Assembly (NCBI GenBank): GCA_011522845.1 | Contig: WTIF01000013.1 | Coordinates: forward strand, 1-37,064 | Source: Deltaproteobacteria bacterium | GTDB taxonomy: Bacteria > SAR324 > NAC60-12 | Direction of reading: 5' to 3' | DNA: 37,064 nt | In this document: one piece after another, positions 1 to 8,522 of the stretch | Layout: each line of letters starts with the position of its first letter | How positions within the stretch are numbered: the first letter of the stretch is position 1 | Notes under the pieces: model-generated | Database searches by the model: none | The model's input: only the letters and a program-made list of their open reading frames with translations | What the model was told of the DNA's origin: nothing | Made by a program: the position numbers and the translations under genes

Positions 1-971
1 TTCATGGACAGATCACGGCAGGTGACTTCACTTCGTTCATTCTCAGCTTCTTCATGCTCAATGATCCGATCAAAAAATTAAATGGTTTCAATTTACGACT
101 CCAAGAGGGCGCCGCCTCGATCAGGCGCATTTTTGAAATCATGGACACTGAAGCAGAGATTGTCTCTCCTCCAAACGCTGTCAAATTGCAGCGTTTTGAA
201 AAAGGCATCGATCTGAAAATCGACCGCTTCCAGTATCCACTGGCTGAAGAGCCAACTCTGCAAAATATTGATCTGCACGTTGACCGAGGAGAAGTCGTTG
301 CCCTGGTTGGCAGCAGTGGCTCCGGCAAAACCACGATGGTCAACCTATTGCCGCGCTTCCACGACATTGACGAAGGCGCCATTCGTATCGACGGCCATGA
401 TCTGCGAGAACTAGATTTGCACAGTTTACGTTCCCAAATCGCAGTAGTGACCCAGGAAACGATTCTATTCAATGACAGCATTGCCAACAACATCACCTAT
501 GGTCACCCTGAGTGCTCCCAGGAAAGAATGATCAATGCGGCTATGGCTGCCAACGCCCACCAGTTCATCCTCCAACAACCTAAAGGCTACGACACCTTAA
601 TCGGAGAAAAGGGCGTCAAGCTGTCAGGAGGACAGCGCCAGCGTCTCTCGATTGCCCGTGCCTTGGTCAAAGATGCTCCTATTCTGATTCTTGATGAGGC
701 TACTTCGGCTTTGGATTCTGAATCAGAAATTGAGGTCCAGCAGGCTATCGAACGCCTGATGCAGAATCGGACTACAATCGTGATTGCTCATCGCCTCTCA
801 ACCATCCGGCATGCCCATCGGATTTGTGTGATGGAGAAAGGCGAGATCATTGAAATGGGCTCTCACGATGAATTACTTGCTCTGGGTGGCCGTTACGAAC
901 AACTGCATCAAATGCAGTTTCGGGCTCATTTTGCTGACTACGCCGGTGCAGCCAAAATCGCTACTTCCTGA
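1..971 (+). CDS. msbA: ABC exporter, C-terminal ATP-binding half (MsbA-like lipid A flippase); 5' end lies outside the window
   Basis: Frame 3 is open from nt 3. Walker A GSSGSGKTT, signature LSGGQRQR, Walker B ILILDEATSALD, H-loop IAHRLST. The C-terminal QLHQMQF tail resembles E. coli MsbA (QLHKMQF). Confidence 0.8.
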   Translation, partial: HGQITAGDFTSFILSFFMLNDPIKKLNGFNLRLQEGAASIRRIFEIMDTEAEIVSPPNAVKLQRFEKGIDLKIDRFQYPLAEEPTLQNIDLHVDRGEVVALVGSSGSGKTTMVNLLPRFHDIDEGAIRIDGHDLRELDLHSLRSQIAVVTQETILFNDSIANNITYGHPECSQERMINAAMAANAHQFILQQPKGYDTLIGEKGVKLSGGQRQRLSIARALVKDAPILILDEATSALDSESEIEVQQAIERLMQNRTTIVIAHRLSTIRHAHRICVMEKGEIIEMGSHDELLALGGRYEQLHQMQFRAHFADYAGAAKIATS

Positions 972-1013
972 TTTCTAACCGCTGAATTCGAAAAAACAGT
1001 CTGAATTTCTTAG

Positions 1014-1037
1014 GAGATGTTTCACGTGAAACATCTC
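1014..1037. promoter_or_regulatory. Perfect 24-bp palindrome GAGATGTTTCAC/GTGAAACATCTC (candidate operator)
   Basis: Read directly: the reverse complement of 1014-1025 equals 1026-1037. It lies in the msbA-iscR spacer and has no following T-tract. Confidence 0.5.
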
Positions 1038-1062
1038 ACTAATTCTTCCTTATTTGGCCTAG

Positions 1063-1078
1063 TGTTCCACGTGAAACA
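1063..1078. promoter_or_regulatory. Second, imperfect copy of the CACGTG-centred palindrome (TGTTCCAC/GTGAAACA)
   Basis: Shares the core CACGTGAAACAT with the 1014-1037 element. One mismatch in the dyad. Centres are 45 bp apart. Confidence 0.45.
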
Positions 1079-1103
1079 TTTGGCTGCCAGGTGGCCTTTT
1101 CCA

Positions 1104-1132
1104 GTAATTCGCACCAGATCAATACGAATTAC
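1104..1132. promoter_or_regulatory. Inverted repeat GTAATTCG-N13-CGAATTAC abutting the putative -35 of iscR
   Basis: 8-bp perfect arms read from the sequence, 29 bp in total. It ends 4 bp before the TTGAAA hexamer. Confidence 0.35.
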
Positions 1133-1135
1133 TAC

Positions 1136-1165
1136 TTGAAAAGCGTACTGAGCCAGTGCTATTTT
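1136..1165 (+). promoter_or_regulatory. Putative sigma70-type promoter of the isc operon (TTGAAA-18 nt-TATTTT)
   Basis: Hexamers read by eye about 28 nt upstream of the iscR ATG. Confidence 0.35.
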
Positions 1166-1192
1166 GAAAAAAATTAATTTTTTGGATACCCC

Positions 1193-1609
1193 ATGCTTCG
1201 ACTCTCGAAGAAAGTAGACTACGCCATCATACTGCTCAGCCATCTAGGTGAAGCCTCTGGGCCGATTAGCGCCCAAGAGATGTCTTCTCACTATCACCTA
1301 CCGCAACCAATGATTGCCAATATACTGAAGCAGCTAGCGGCATCACAACTGGTAGAAAGTACACGTGGGGTACAAGGCGGCTACGTGCTACAGCGTCAAA
1401 CTGACCAAATTTCTCTCGCAGAAATTGTTCGGGTTATTGATGGTCCCTTCAATTTTGTCGAGTGTGCCCACGAAGCCTCAGAATGCCGAGTCTCTGCCAC
1501 CTGTCCAACCCAGACTCCTTTGCAAGCACTGCATGGACGCTTGTATGAGTTTATGGAGTCAGTCACTTTGGAAAACTTGATCCAGCATCATGAACTGCAA
1601 CCTGTTTGA
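1193..1609 (+). CDS. iscR: Rrf2-family transcriptional regulator, IscR-like
   Basis: N-terminal wHTH typical of Rrf2 (MLRLSKKVDYAIILL...). Three-Cys cluster C-x6-C-x5-C (CAHEASECRVSATC). Sits immediately upstream of iscSU. Confidence 0.8.
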   Translation: MLRLSKKVDYAIILLSHLGEASGPISAQEMSSHYHLPQPMIANILKQLAASQLVESTRGVQGGYVLQRQTDQISLAEIVRVIDGPFNFVECAHEASECRVSATCPTQTPLQALHGRLYEFMESVTLENLIQHHELQPV

Positions 1610-1624
1610 TAATAAGAAGGACTC

Positions 1625-2839
1625 ATGAAATTCCCCATCTATCTTGATTACAATGCTACGGCTCCTACTGATCCACGTGTAGTAGAAGCCATGATGCCAT
1701 ATTTCACTCAAACGTATGGCAACGCAGCGAGCCGGAACCACCAATTTGGTTGGGAAGCTGAACAAGCAGTAGAGAAAGCACGTGATCTACTTGGTGAAAC
1801 CATTGGAGGTGGCGGTCGAGAAATCGTGCTTACCAGTGGTGCGACAGAATCAAACAATCTGGCTATTCTAGGTGTAGCAGATTTCTACAAGGAGAAAGGC
1901 CGACACATCATCACCAGCCCTATTGAGCATAAAGCTGTGATTGATCCCTGCCAAGCGTTGGAACAGCGCGGTTATGATGTGACCTTCCTGGACGTCGATG
2001 ATGATGGCTGCATTTCCCTAGAGCAACTGGAAAAGTCAATTCGCCCCGACACGATTTTGGTGTCCTTGATGGCTGGCAACAACGAAATCGGCACGCTCAA
2101 TCCTCTGGAAGAAATTGGCAAGATCACTCGAAAGCACGGAGTACTCTTCCACACAGACGCTACCCAGGCTGTTGGGAAGATTCCATTAGACGTCGAGCAG
2201 ATGAATATCGACCTGCTTTCCTTCACTGCCCATAAGATGTACGGCCCTAAGGGTGTAGGTGCACTCTATGTTCGCCGCAAGAGACCACGAGTGCGCTTGT
2301 CTCCCATCATGTTCGGTGGTGGACACGAACGTGGGATGCGCTCTGGCACTCTGAACGTACCCGGCATTGTTGGTTTTGCCAAAGCCCTTGAACTCTGCCG
2401 CGATGAAATGGAATCTGAAGCAGAACGACAGACCGCTCTGCGGGAGCGTTTACATCAGCGACTGCAAGCCGAACTGGATCACATCAAGCTCAATGGGCAC
2501 CCAACCCAGCGATTGCCCAACAATCTCAATGTCAGTTTTGGCTACGTTGAAGGCGAGAGCCTGATCATGGGAATCAGTGATATTGCTGTTTCCTCTGGTT
2601 CAGCCTGTACCTCCGCTAGCCTTGAACCCTCCTATGTGCTCAGAGCGCTTGGGGTGGGAGATGACCTAGCACACTCTTCCATTCGCTTTGGAGTGGGCCG
2701 CTTCACCACCGAAGAAGAGATCGACTACACAGCAGACAAAATGATCTTTGCTGTCAAGCGGCTACGAGACATGTCCCCACTTTACGAAATGGTTCAGGAA
2801 GGTATTGACCTCTCGACCGTCAACTGGACACCACATTGA
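1625..2839 (+). CDS. iscS: Cysteine desulfurase (class V aminotransferase, IscS/NifS type)
   Basis: 404 aa. YLDYNATAP start, PLP lysine in [12 protein letters not shown], active-site loop [16 protein letters not shown] upstream. Confidence 0.92.
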   Translation: MKFPIYLDYNATAPTDPRVVEAMMPYFTQTYGNAASRNHQFGWEAEQAVEKARDLLGETIGGGGREIVLTSGATESNNLAILGVADFYKEKGRHIITSPIEHKAVIDPCQALEQRGYDVTFLDVDDDGCISLEQLEKSIRPDTILVSLMAGNNEIGTLNPLEEIGKITRKHGVLFHTDATQAVGKIPLDVEQMNIDLLSFTAHKMYGPKGVGALYVRRKRPRVRLSPIMFGGGHERGMRSGTLNVPGIVGFAKALELCRDEMESEAERQTALRERLHQRLQAELDHIKLNGHPTQRLPNNLNVSFGYVEGESLIMGISDIAVSSGSACTSASLEPSYVLRALGVGDDLAHSSIRFGVGRFTTEEEIDYTADKMIFAVKRLRDMSPLYEMVQEGIDLSTVNWTPH

Positions 2840-2904
2840 TCAAAATGGACAACGAGCCCATAAATTTTCTCAACTAGCCTTCCCACTTAACAAGGAGATT
2901 CAAG

Positions 2905-3309
2905 ATGGCATACAGTGAAAAAGTAATTGACCACTACAATGAACCACGCAACGTCGGTAGTTTCGAGAAGAGTGACGACCAGGTTGGTACTGGATTGGTC
3001 GGGGCACCTGAGTGTGGAGATGTGATGAAACTGCAGATCAAGGTGGAAAACGAAAAGATTGTCGATGCGAAATTCAAGACCTTCGGCTGCGGTTCTGCAA
3101 TTGCCAGTTCCAGCCTGGCTACTGAATGGGTCAAGGGCAAAACATTGGATGAAGCACTAGCGATTCAGAACACCGAGATCGTGGAAGAACTCTCCCTACC
3201 TCCTGTCAAAATCCACTGTTCTGTACTGGCCGAAGATGCCATCAAGGCTGCTATTCAGGATTATCGCAAGCGACAAGAGACCTCCTCAGAACCTACTGCT
3301 TCTGCCTGA
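2905..3309 (+). CDS. iscU: Fe-S cluster assembly scaffold IscU
   Basis: GAPECGD, FGCGSAIASS and LPPVKIHCS motifs (three cluster Cys plus the LPPVK HscA-binding motif). AAGGAG RBS. Confidence 0.95.
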   Translation: MAYSEKVIDHYNEPRNVGSFEKSDDQVGTGLVGAPECGDVMKLQIKVENEKIVDAKFKTFGCGSAIASSSLATEWVKGKTLDEALAIQNTEIVEELSLPPVKIHCSVLAEDAIKAAIQDYRKRQETSSEPTASA

Positions 3310-3319
3310 TTGTATCTGA

Positions 3320-3343
3320 AGGAGACTCACCGAGGAGTCTCCT
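3320..3343 (+). promoter_or_regulatory. Intra-operon stem-loop between iscU and hscB (9-bp stem AGGAGACTC/GAGTCTCCT, 6-nt loop)
   Basis: Perfect complementarity read from the sequence. No U-tract, so it is more likely a processing or stability element or a weak attenuator than a full terminator. Confidence 0.35.
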
Positions 3344-3376
3344 CATCCACACCAGCTCTCTTCCCTGATCCCCTCC

Positions 3377-3997
3377 ATGCTCCTTTGTTCTCACTGTCAA
3401 AAACCTTTGCAGAGCGCGCTTTGGTGTGGTGCCTGCCAGCAGCTACAGTCCAGCGGCTTACAGGCTGATGATTTTTCGGTTTTCGGTCTACCACCGCGCT
3501 ATGATGTAGACTTAAACTCTTTGGAACAGAGTTATCACGAGCTTGCTACCGAGTTGCACCCCGATTTCTTCGCGACAGCACCAGCTGCCGAGCGTCGACT
3601 CAGTGAGGGCTTGTCTGCTCGGCTCAATCAGGCATGGCAGACCTTACAAGACCCAACAGCACGCGCCCAGTACCTCATAGAGGTTTGGAAAGCAAAGACA
3701 CCTACTCATGAGCGTGACCTGCCGACTGGATTTTTGCAGGAGATGTTTGCCTTGCAAGAAGAACTGGAGGAATTGCTGGAAGCCAAAGATCAACAAGCAC
3801 TGGCAACGAAACGCGCAGATTTTCTGCAGCGTCTGAATGACCTGCGATACAACTATCAACAGCAACTGATAGAACTGAAAGAAAATACACCTGACACCAC
3901 GTTCTGCAAACAAATCCAGCAACAGCTGAATGCTGAGCGTTACCTACTACGACTGCTGGAACGCTGTTCATCCACATCTTCAGAAACAGATCTATGA
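3377..3997 (+). CDS. hscB: Fe-S co-chaperone HscB (J-type) with an N-terminal CxxC-x9-CxxC extension
   Basis: J-domain-like segment with HPD (ELATELHPDFF). Position between iscU and hscA. ATGA overlap with hscA. Confidence 0.8.
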   Translation: MLLCSHCQKPLQSALWCGACQQLQSSGLQADDFSVFGLPPRYDVDLNSLEQSYHELATELHPDFFATAPAAERRLSEGLSARLNQAWQTLQDPTARAQYLIEVWKAKTPTHERDLPTGFLQEMFALQEELEELLEAKDQQALATKRADFLQRLNDLRYNYQQQLIELKENTPDTTFCKQIQQQLNAERYLLRLLERCSSTSSETDL

Positions 3998-5826
3998 CAG
4001 AACGTATCATCGGCATAGACCTAGGCACGACCAACAGTCTTGCCGCAACCGTCTTTGATCAAGCAGGACCGGAGGTTATTGCTGAACCTGGACAGACTCC
4101 AATCATCCCCTCTGTACTGACGATGCGTGAGGGAAAATGGCTTGTGGGCCAAGAGGCGCTGGTCAGGAGTCTACAAAATCCTACGCAAACATTGCACTCG
4201 ATCAAGCGCTTGATGGGACGTAGTCTTGAAGAAATTCCTGCTGAAGAACAGGCTCAACTTCCCTACCAACTACGGTCTGGCGAACGTGGACAGGTTCTGA
4301 TCTGTCTAGACGAACAAGCTTTCACACCACAGGAAATTTCTGCTAAGATTCTCAAGGCAGTCAAGTATCGAGCTGAAACAATCCTTGGCGAGACTCTGCA
4401 GAAAGCGGTGATCACCGTTCCAGCCTACTTTGACGATGTTCAACGACAAGCTACTAGAGATGCAGCTCGCCTTGCCGGACTGGACGCTGTGCGGATTCTC
4501 AATGAACCCACTGCGGCAGCGATTGCCTATGGCTTGGATGAGCGAAAGGATGGAAAAATTGCTGTCTATGATCTAGGTGGTGGCACCTTTGACATCTCAC
4601 TGCTGCAATTGACCGGAAAAATCTTCAAAGTGGTTGCTACCAATGGCGATACTCGTCTGGGAGGAGATGATTTTGACCAAGCTATCGTTGGTGAACTTAC
4701 GCTTCGGATTCAGCAGGAATTTGAAAATACAGAGCTTCATTCTCCCCTGGCTCGCCAAGTTTTACGTCAAACTGCGGAGACAATCAAAATCGGCCTGAGC
4801 CAGAGCAATGAAATAGAGTATACTATTTCAATTGAAGATCAATCCTGGTCTCATCAGGGTTCATTCACAACGGCCGAACTTCAACCACTCTTGGCACCCG
4901 TGATCCAACGAACACTACAACGCTGTCAGCAAGCTTTGGATCAGGCAGGATGGAAGGTTGAAGACCTGGATGAGGTGGTTTTGGTCGGTGGTTCCACGGT
5001 GGTCCCAGAAGTACGTCGGCAGGTACAACAGTTTTTTGGCCGAGCCCCACAAGTGGCAATTGATCCCTACAAGGTAGTTGCACTGGGAGCAGGCATCCAG
5101 GGGCACTTACTCGCAGGCGGAAGAAGAGATTTCCTACTGCTGGATGTGATCCCTCTGGCGTTGGGCATCGAAACGGTTGGGGGAACCTTCAGCAAATTAA
5201 TCACGGCTAACACGACCGTGCCAACGGAAGCCAAGGATCTCTACACGACCCACGTTGACAACCAGACTGCGATTGAGATCAATATCTACCAGGGCGAGAG
5301 AGAACTAGTTCGTGATTGTCGTTGCCTCGGGCGCTTCAAATTGAGGGGCATTCCCGCAATGAAAGCGGGGTTACCTTTGGTTGAAGTCACTTTCCGGGTA
5401 GACGCCAACGGAATCCTGAGTGTTTCTGCCCTGGAAAAACGTAGCCAGACCGACGCCTCTATTGAAGTGATCCCTTTCCACGGACTCACCCAGCAAGAGA
5501 TCGATGACTTGCTGGAAGCATCTTATGAGCATGCGATTGAAGACTTCAACGCTCGTCAGTTGATCGAATTTCGCCAAACTGCAGAGCGGGTTCTACAGGG
5601 GATTGAGATGCACTGGGCTATTGCAGAAAAAGCACTGCCTCCAACAGACTGCACTGCAATTCGCCAGCAAATGGAGATTGTACGTCAGCGGATGCAAGGA
5701 CAGGATCCTCAGGTACTTAAATCAGAAATGGATCGACTTGGGGATTTGACGCGATCCCTGGCAGATACCGTGATGGGGCAAGCCGTTCTTTCAGCCTTGC
5801 AGGAACAAGAAACAACTCCTGTCTGA
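3994..5826 (+). CDS. hscA: Fe-S cluster assembly Hsp70 chaperone HscA
   Basis: Hsp70 motifs [20 protein letters not shown] and DLGGGTFD. 610 aa. Operon context. Confidence 0.92.
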   Translation: MTERIIGIDLGTTNSLAATVFDQAGPEVIAEPGQTPIIPSVLTMREGKWLVGQEALVRSLQNPTQTLHSIKRLMGRSLEEIPAEEQAQLPYQLRSGERGQVLICLDEQAFTPQEISAKILKAVKYRAETILGETLQKAVITVPAYFDDVQRQATRDAARLAGLDAVRILNEPTAAAIAYGLDERKDGKIAVYDLGGGTFDISLLQLTGKIFKVVATNGDTRLGGDDFDQAIVGELTLRIQQEFENTELHSPLARQVLRQTAETIKIGLSQSNEIEYTISIEDQSWSHQGSFTTAELQPLLAPVIQRTLQRCQQALDQAGWKVEDLDEVVLVGGSTVVPEVRRQVQQFFGRAPQVAIDPYKVVALGAGIQGHLLAGGRRDFLLLDVIPLALGIETVGGTFSKLITANTTVPTEAKDLYTTHVDNQTAIEINIYQGERELVRDCRCLGRFKLRGIPAMKAGLPLVEVTFRVDANGILSVSALEKRSQTDASIEVIPFHGLTQQEIDDLLEASYEHAIEDFNARQLIEFRQTAERVLQGIEMHWAIAEKALPPTDCTAIRQQMEIVRQRMQGQDPQVLKSEMDRLGDLTRSLADTVMGQAVLSALQEQETTPV

Positions 5827-5840
5827 AAAAAGACAGATCA

Positions 5841-7295
5841 TCACTCTGCAGATGGCTCAACGTTGGCCACAGCAACTGCTGGAGCCTCACATATTCTCGC
5901 CAGATGCCGTCCGAAAGCGTTCATCACGAACAGATGTGCGACCGCTTGCGTTGCGTTATAGATATACCATGGCAGGCTTGGGCAAAAGTCGTGAATTGCG
6001 GCAATCACATACTTTCCATCAAATACCTCTCTAAACTCCAGACGTCCTTCCTGACTTTCTTGGGTATCAGCGAGCAATCCTCCAATGATGTCAAGCACCT
6101 TACGATGCTCATCACCACCTTGACGCAAACGCAAATCCAGTAGTGGAGTTGAGAGAAACCGCAAACAGAAGAGCACCCTCCCGTCCTCCAAAACATCACA
6201 GCGGAGAAATGGTTTTAGGAATTGAGGCAGCCAGCGCACATATTCCTCCAACGCCCAACGGGCATCTCTGCCTGGAGGTAATGGCAGTCGCTGAACGGAG
6301 CGCACTCGACGCTGTTCACGGATCATCTGCTGGTCCTCTCGCTTCAATTCCTGACGTGGATTTTGTAGCGGAAAGCCATGCTCGTCCATCGAAGCCGATA
6401 CCGATTCCCGAAACGTTACCGCAGAACTGACGAGCTGATCCTGCAATGGATTCGGCTTAGCTCGCAGATCGTGACGCAGACTGTCGACTAGTGGACTGAC
6501 CAGCGCCTGTGAACTGTTGCTGATAGTGGAAACCCAGCGCTTGGAGATTCCCAAAGTCACAAAGGGGAATGGAAACATCCAACGATTTTTTCCCATCTCT
6601 TCAGCAGTGATCTGCATCATGTCTTTGTAGGTCATCAGATCAGGACCACCAATATCGAAAGACCCCGAGTACTTCTCTTGCTCTCCTAAACACAGTTTGA
6701 CTGCCTTCAATACATCCTGAATCGCAACTGGCTGGGTTTGAGACCAGGTCCAGGTTGGCAATCCCATTATGGGTAACCTGCGCACAAGATTGATCAGAAT
6801 CCGCAAAGAAGAGCCTCCTGGCCCCACGATCACTCCACAGCGCAGTGTGGTGACCGGTACTCCAGAGGCCTGGAGAACCTGCTCGACTTCATAGCGACTG
6901 GAAAGATGCTTTGATGCCTCTTCACTCTCATCATCTGGCATCAAGCCCCCCACATAGAGAATCTGTTTCAGTCCAGCAGCCTTGGCTCCCTGGGCAAAGT
7001 TGTCTGCCAAGAGCAAATCCAAGTCCTGAAAGGAGGCCTGGGTCAGCCGAGAGGAGGGCACCATCGAGTGAATTAAGTAGACCAGATAATCCGCCCCCTT
7101 CAGGGCCTGCTCGACAGAGGAAGCCGAATAGGCGTTGCAATGGACCCACTGCACGGGATCATTCGGATCAGGATGGGAGAGTTTGTAGGCGGATCGTGTC
7201 AATCCTCGAACGGTGAACTGTTCAAGCAGACTATTGCGGATTGCGGTTCCGACGAAGCCGGTGGCACCGGCAATCGCTACCACGGCCTGGGACAT
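5841..7295 (-). CDS. NAD(P)-binding Rossmann (NmrA/atypical SDR-like) oxidoreductase with a C-terminal DUF2867-like domain
   Basis: N-terminal GATGFVG glycine loop. The roughly 480-aa two-domain length is typical of SDR+DUF2867 fusions. The C-terminal assignment is from memory only. Confidence 0.6.
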   Translation of the reverse strand: MSQAVVAIAGATGFVGTAIRNSLLEQFTVRGLTRSAYKLSHPDPNDPVQWVHCNAYSASSVEQALKGADYLVYLIHSMVPSSRLTQASFQDLDLLLADNFAQGAKAAGLKQILYVGGLMPDDESEEASKHLSSRYEVEQVLQASGVPVTTLRCGVIVGPGGSSLRILINLVRRLPIMGLPTWTWSQTQPVAIQDVLKAVKLCLGEQEKYSGSFDIGGPDLMTYKDMMQITAEEMGKNRWMFPFPFVTLGISKRWVSTISNSSQALVSPLVDSLRHDLRAKPNPLQDQLVSSAVTFRESVSASMDEHGFPLQNPRQELKREDQQMIREQRRVRSVQRLPLPPGRDARWALEEYVRWLPQFLKPFLRCDVLEDGRVLFCLRFLSTPLLDLRLRQGGDEHRKVLDIIGGLLADTQESQEGRLEFREVFDGKYVIAAIHDFCPSLPWYIYNATQAVAHLFVMNAFGRHLARICEAPAVAVANVEPSAE

Positions 7296-7395
7296 GACAG
7301 ACTCCTTTGTGAAGACGGATTGGTAGGCTAGACAAAAATTTAGTGCTCCATGCTAACAGTAAACTTCACAATCTGTCTAATCGAAAGCAGGAGAA

Positions 7396-8397
7396 TCAAA
7401 TGCCCGCACGGAGAATATCGTAGAGTTGTACAGCCCCACAAACACGGTTTTCCGAATCGGTGACCACTAGCGTCAAAACGGAGTTTTCCTGCATCAATTC
7501 CTTGGCGGCCAAGGCCATGCTATCATGGGCAACTGTCAGAGGATCTGTGCGCATCCAGTCAGCAACAGGCCGAGGCCAATCTACACTTGGATCGTGTGTT
7601 GGATCTTCCAGCAATCGCGAGAGGTCTCCATTGCTGAAGACTCCCAACAAGTTTTGGTCTTCATCCACAATGATCAACAACCCTAAGCGCTTGTGAGCCA
7701 ATTCAACCACCCCCTGACGCAAGGAGAGATCTGGAGCCACCAAAGGTAGGCGATCCTTGGGAAGCATGACGTCCTCTACTCGAGTCAGCAGACGACGACC
7801 CAGCGCACCCTGTGGGTGATAAAGTGCGAATTGTTCTGGAGTGAATCGTCTTCGTTCCATCACACACAGAGCAAGGGCATCCCCCAGGGCCAACAGCGCT
7901 GTTGTGCTCGTAGTTGGGGCTAGGGATAAGGGACAAGCTTCTTTCGGCACCTGACAACTGATGTGCAAAGCCGTCTGTGTTGCCAAGGGTGATTCTGGAT
8001 CACGAGTGATTGAAACTGTTTGACAACCAATCGATCGCAAGGAGGGAAGTAGCTGAAGCATCTCCTCGGTCGTACCGCTGTTGCTCAGCAAAATTACTAC
8101 ATCCTGACGAGCTACTACTCCCAGATCTCCGTGAACCCCTTCCCCAGGATGCAAAAACAGAGAGGGAGTTCCTGTACTCGATAGCGTGGCCGATAACTTC
8201 CTTCCGATATGGCCACTTTTGCCCATGCCAGTCACAACGACCTTCCCTCGACAGGCCAGCAGCCACTCGACTGCTGCAACAAAATGTTCATCCAACTGAG
8301 CTTCCAAAGCGCGCAGACCATCCTGCTCAATTCTCAGAAAACCCCGTGCTGAATTCAGGATATTTTGAGATGTTTCTATCGTTTTATTTGTCATCAC
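7396..8397 (-). CDS. kpsF: Arabinose-5-phosphate isomerase (SIS + tandem CBS), KpsF/KdsD type
   Basis: SIS motif VVVTGMGKSGHIGRK, GDLG, and a C-terminal CBS pair. 333 aa. Confidence 0.88.
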   Translation of the reverse strand: MMTNKTIETSQNILNSARGFLRIEQDGLRALEAQLDEHFVAAVEWLLACRGKVVVTGMGKSGHIGRKLSATLSSTGTPSLFLHPGEGVHGDLGVVARQDVVILLSNSGTTEEMLQLLPSLRSIGCQTVSITRDPESPLATQTALHISCQVPKEACPLSLAPTTSTTALLALGDALALCVMERRRFTPEQFALYHPQGALGRRLLTRVEDVMLPKDRLPLVAPDLSLRQGVVELAHKRLGLLIIVDEDQNLLGVFSNGDLSRLLEDPTHDPSVDWPRPVADWMRTDPLTVAHDSMALAAKELMQENSVLTLVVTDSENRVCGAVQLYDILRAGI

Positions 8398-8441
8398 TGG
8401 CGTGCTATCAGAAAAAATTATTGATTTATCTGTAAGAAAAC

Positions 8442-8471
8442 TTGAATGGACCAGAAACTTATCAGTATAGT
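8442..8471 (+). promoter_or_regulatory. Putative sigma70-type promoter for the antiporter pair (TTGAAT-18 nt-TATAGT)
   Basis: Hexamers read by eye about 50 nt upstream of the preferred ATG at 8523. Confidence 0.35.
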
Positions 8472-8522
8472 GTGGCCCGTTGTAGAATTTTGCAAACCAT
8501 CAACCTTTCGCTGGAGATTCGC

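Noticed and set aside
2-496. 164-aa ORF on the minus strand antisense to msbA
   Set aside because: It lies entirely within, and antisense to, a CDS with unmistakable ABC-transporter motifs. Its product has no recognisable motif. It is a typical shadow ORF.
1022-1243. 73-aa minus-strand ORF covering the msbA-iscR spacer
   Set aside because: It spans the palindromes and the promoter and runs into the iscR start on the opposite strand. It has no RBS or motif, and the region is better explained as regulatory DNA.
3341-3975. DnaA-box-like TCATCCACA / TTCATCCACA strings
   Set aside because: These are two isolated one-mismatch matches about 600 bp apart, one of them inside hscB coding sequence. 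There is no cluster, no AT-rich unwinding element and no dnaA/dnaN context, so this is not an origin.
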